From the NCBI GenBank assembly GCA_963575745.1, contig CAUYUJ010000170.1, positions 62,001 through 126,000 on the forward strand: a stretch of 64,000 nt of DNA, read 5' to 3'. Below, one piece after another: positions 60,681-64,000 of the stretch. Position 1 is the stretch's first letter; the number at the start of each line of letters is the position of its first letter. Source of the DNA: Prorocentrum cordatum. Its lineage: Eukaryota. A program made the translations under genes and the position numbers. A model generated the notes under the pieces. The model did not search any database and was not told where the DNA came from. It saw nothing but the letters and a program-made list of their open reading frames with translations.

Positions 60681-63600
60681 CATTGGACAGCGGGGCCCCA
60701 GCATCAGGTCGCCATTCGGGCCCCCCCGCCCGGGCCCCCGAAGGCGCTCTTGGACAATCGGGCCCCACTGGCAGATGGCCGCTCGGGCCCCTCCCTCCGC
60801 TGGATTCCTCCAGCTTCCTTTGAACCCATTCGAGCGCTTTGAACTTGCTACAGCTTCCGCGGGGTTCCTTTACATCCTTCGAGGTTCTTCTGGGTTCCTT
60901 TGGCTCCCTGAGGGTTCCTGCACAGTGCACCGGATTCATTTTCATGCTTTGGGGTTCCTCGAGATTCCAGGTTCATCCGGCGTCCTTTCAATTCTCCGAT
61001 GATTCCTCAGGACTCCTTCCGATTCATGCAAAGTCTCTAGGATTCCTCAAATGTCCAAAACATCCGAGGGTTTTGGGGGGACACCTCGGGGGTTCCAGAT
61101 TCCACAGGAATCATTATGATTCCCGCGCATCCCTTAGGACTTCCCCAGATCCCCCCAAACTTTTACAAACTCCTCAATCGACTCGAACACGTCGTACGGC
61201 CTCCTCATTTTAAGTTGGGGTACCACTGCCAAATAGCAATTCGCCCCCCCCCACCCCCCCACCCTCTGGCTTCTCCCAACTTCCTCTGGGCTCCTCTGGG
61301 TGCCTTCAAATTTCTCGCCCCCCCAATGAGCATTGGACAGCGGGGCCCCAGCATCAGGTCGCCATTCGGGCCCCCCCGCCCGGGCCCCCGAAGGCGCTCT
61401 TGGACAATCGGGCCCCACTGGCAGATGGCCGCTCGGGCCCCTCCCTCCGCTGGATTCCTCCAGCTTCCTTTGAACCCATTCGAGCGCTTTGAACTTGATA
61501 CAGCTTCCGCGGGGTTCCTTTACATCCTTCGAGGTTCTTCTGGGTTCCTTTGGCTCCCTGAGGGTTCCTGCACAGTGCACCGGATTCATTTTCATGCTTT
61601 GGGGTTCCTCGAGATTCCAGGTTCATCCGGCGTCCTTTCAATTCTCCGATGATTCCTCAGGACTCCTTCCGATTCATGCAAAGTCTCTAGGATTCCTCAA
61701 ATGTCCAAAACATGCGAGGGTTTGGGGGGGACACCTCGGGGGTTCCAGATTCCACAGGAATCATTATGATTCCCGCGCATCCCTTAGGACTTCCCCAGAT
61801 TCCCCCAAACTTTTACAAACTCCTCAATCGACTCGAACACGTCGTACGGCCTCCTCATTTTAAGTTGGGGTACCACTGCCAAATAGCAATTCGCCCCCCC
61901 CACCCCCCCACCCTCTGGCTTCTCCCAACTTCCTCTGGGCTCCTCTGGGTGCCTTCAAATTTCTCGCCCCCCCAATGAGCATTGGACAGCGGGGCCCCAG
62001 CATCAGGTCGCCATTCGGGCCCCCCCGCCCGGGCCCCCGAAGGCGCTCTTGGACAATCGGGCCCCACTGGCAGATGGCCGCTCGGGCCCCTCCCTCCGCT
62101 GGATTCCTCCAGCTTCCTTTGAACCCATTCGAGCGCTTTGAACTTGCTACAGCTTCCGCGGGGTTCCTTTACATCCTTCGAGGTTCTTCTGGGTTCCTTT
62201 GGCTCCCTGAGGGTTCCTGCACAGTGCACCGGATTCATTTTCATGCTTTGGGGTTCCTCGAGATTCCAGGTTCATCCGGGCACCGGATTCATTTTCATGC
62301 TTTGGGGTTCCTCGAGATTCCAGGTTCATCCGGCGTCCTTTCAATTCTCCGATGATTCCTCAGGACTCCTTCCGATTCATGCAAAGTCTCTAGGATTCCT
62401 CAAATGTCCAAAACATCCGAGGGTTTTGGGGGGACACCTCGGGGGTTCCAGATTCCACAGGAATCATTATGATTCCCGCGCATCCCTTAGGACTTCCCCA
62501 GATTCCCCCAAACTTTCACAAACTCCTCAATCGACTCGAACACGTCGTACGGCCTCCTCATTTTAAGTTGGGGTACCACTGCCAAATAGCAATTCGCCCC
62601 CCCCCACCCCCCCACCCTCTGGCTTCTCCCAACTTCCTCTGGGCTCCTCTGGGTGCCTTCAAATTTCTCGCCCCCCCAATGAGCATTGGACAGCGGGGCC
62701 CCAGCATCAGGTCGCCATTCGGGCCCCCCCGCCCGGGCCCCCGAAGGCGCTCTTGGACAATCGGGCCCCACTGGCAGATGGCCGCTCGGGCCCCTCCCTC
62801 CGCTGGATTCCTCCAGCTTCCTTTGAACCCATTCGAGCGCTTTGAACTTGCTACAGCTTCCGCGGGGTTCCTTTACATCCTTCGAGGTTCTTCTGGGTTC
62901 CTTTGGCTCCCTGAGGGTTCCTGCACAGTGCACCGGATTCATTTTCATGCTTTGGGGTTCCTCGAGATTCCAGGTTCATCCGGCGTCCTTTCAATTCTCC
63001 GATGATTCCTCAGGACTCCTTCCGATTCATGCAAAGTCTCTAGGATTCCTCAAATGTCCAAAACATCCGAGGGTTTTGGGGGGACACCTCGGGGGTTCCA
63101 GATTCCACAGGAATCATTATGATTCCCGCGCATCCCTTAGGACTTCCCCAGATTCCCCCAAACTTTTACAAACTCCTCAATCGACTCGAACACGTCGTAC
63201 GGCCTCCTCATTTTAAGTTGGGGTACCACTGCCAAATAGCAATTCGCCCCCCCCCACCCCCCCACCCTCTGGCTTCTCCCAACTTCCTCTGGGCTCCTCT
63301 GGGTGCCTTCAAATTTCTCGCCCCCCCAATGAGCATTGGACAGCGGGGCCCCAGCATCAGGTCGCCATTCGGGCCCCCCCGCCCGGGCCCCCGAAGGCGC
63401 TCTTGGACAATCGGGCCCCACTGGCAGATGGCCGCTCGGGCCCCTCCCTCCGCTGGATTCCTCCAGCTTCCTTTGAACCCATTCGAGCGCTTTGAACTTG
63501 CTACAGCTTCCGCGGGGTTCCTTTACATCCTTCGAGGTTCTTCTGGGTTCCTTTGGCTCCCTGAGGGTTCCTGCACAGTGCACCGGATTCATTTTCATGC

Positions 63601-64000
63601 TTTGGGGTTCCTCGAGATTCCAGGTTCATCCGGCGTCCTTTCAATTCTCCGATGATTCCTCAGGACTCCTTCCGATTCATGCAAAGTCTCTAGGATTCCT
63701 CAAATGTCCAAAACATCCGAGGGTTTTGGGGGGACACCTCGGGGGTTCCAGATTCCACAGGAATCATTATGATTCCCGCGCATCCCTTAGGACTTCCCCA
63801 GATTCCCCCAAACTTTTACAAACTCCTCAATCGACTCGAACACGTCGTACGGCCTCCTCATTTTAAGTTGGGGTACCACTGCCAAATAGCAATTCGCCCC
63901 CCCCCACCCCCCCACCCTCTGGCTTCTCCCAACTTCCTCTGGGCTCCTCTGGGTGCCTTCAAATTTCTCGCCCCCCCAATGAGCATTGGACAGCGGGGCC
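60681..64000. repeat. ~650-bp tandem array, at least 5 near-identical units, continuing past the window end
   Basis: CATTGGACAGCGGGGCC at 60681, 61331, 61980, 62683, 63333 and 63983; unit 3 carries a ~53-bp internal duplication near 62226-62331. Confidence 0.97.

Noticed and set aside
60681..64000. 5S rRNA, snRNA or tandem protein gene array
   Set aside because: Only short chance matches (GTACGGCC, GCACCGGAT) in the wrong spacing; ORFs vary with C-run indels between units and show no domain.

Overview
GC-rich, repeat-dense eukaryotic genomic DNA from a dinoflagellate, judged by a perfect DinoSL spliced-leader sequence and GA/GC splice donors with AG|G acceptors (genus not determinable here). 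The main element is a full-length but decayed 6.75-kb LINE (717-7463; ORF1 plus APE-RT-RNase H ORF2). It begins exactly with the 21-nt DinoSL, ends in a (CGAAT)2 tail and is bounded by a 16-bp target-site duplication, which suggests a retrotransposon copied from an SL-trans-spliced RNA. A minus-strand Copia-like LTR element (45308-50209, cut by an N gap) has gag, protease and the start of a cytosine-methyltransferase-like domain, and its LTR contains a degenerate SL. Host genes are all on the minus strand: a thylakoid-lumen protein exon (possibly Psb31-like), a gene of at least 4 exons encoding a type II membrane protein, a thiol/halide methyltransferase (HOL/TPMT family) whose first intron is a MITE with TIRs and a 6-bp TSD, and a hypothetical ORF. 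The rest is nested MITE families, foldback palindromes, microsatellite-carrying elements, degenerate 10-13 bp satellites and a 650-bp tandem array running off the window end. Most listed ORFs are artefacts of GC-rich or low-complexity sequence.
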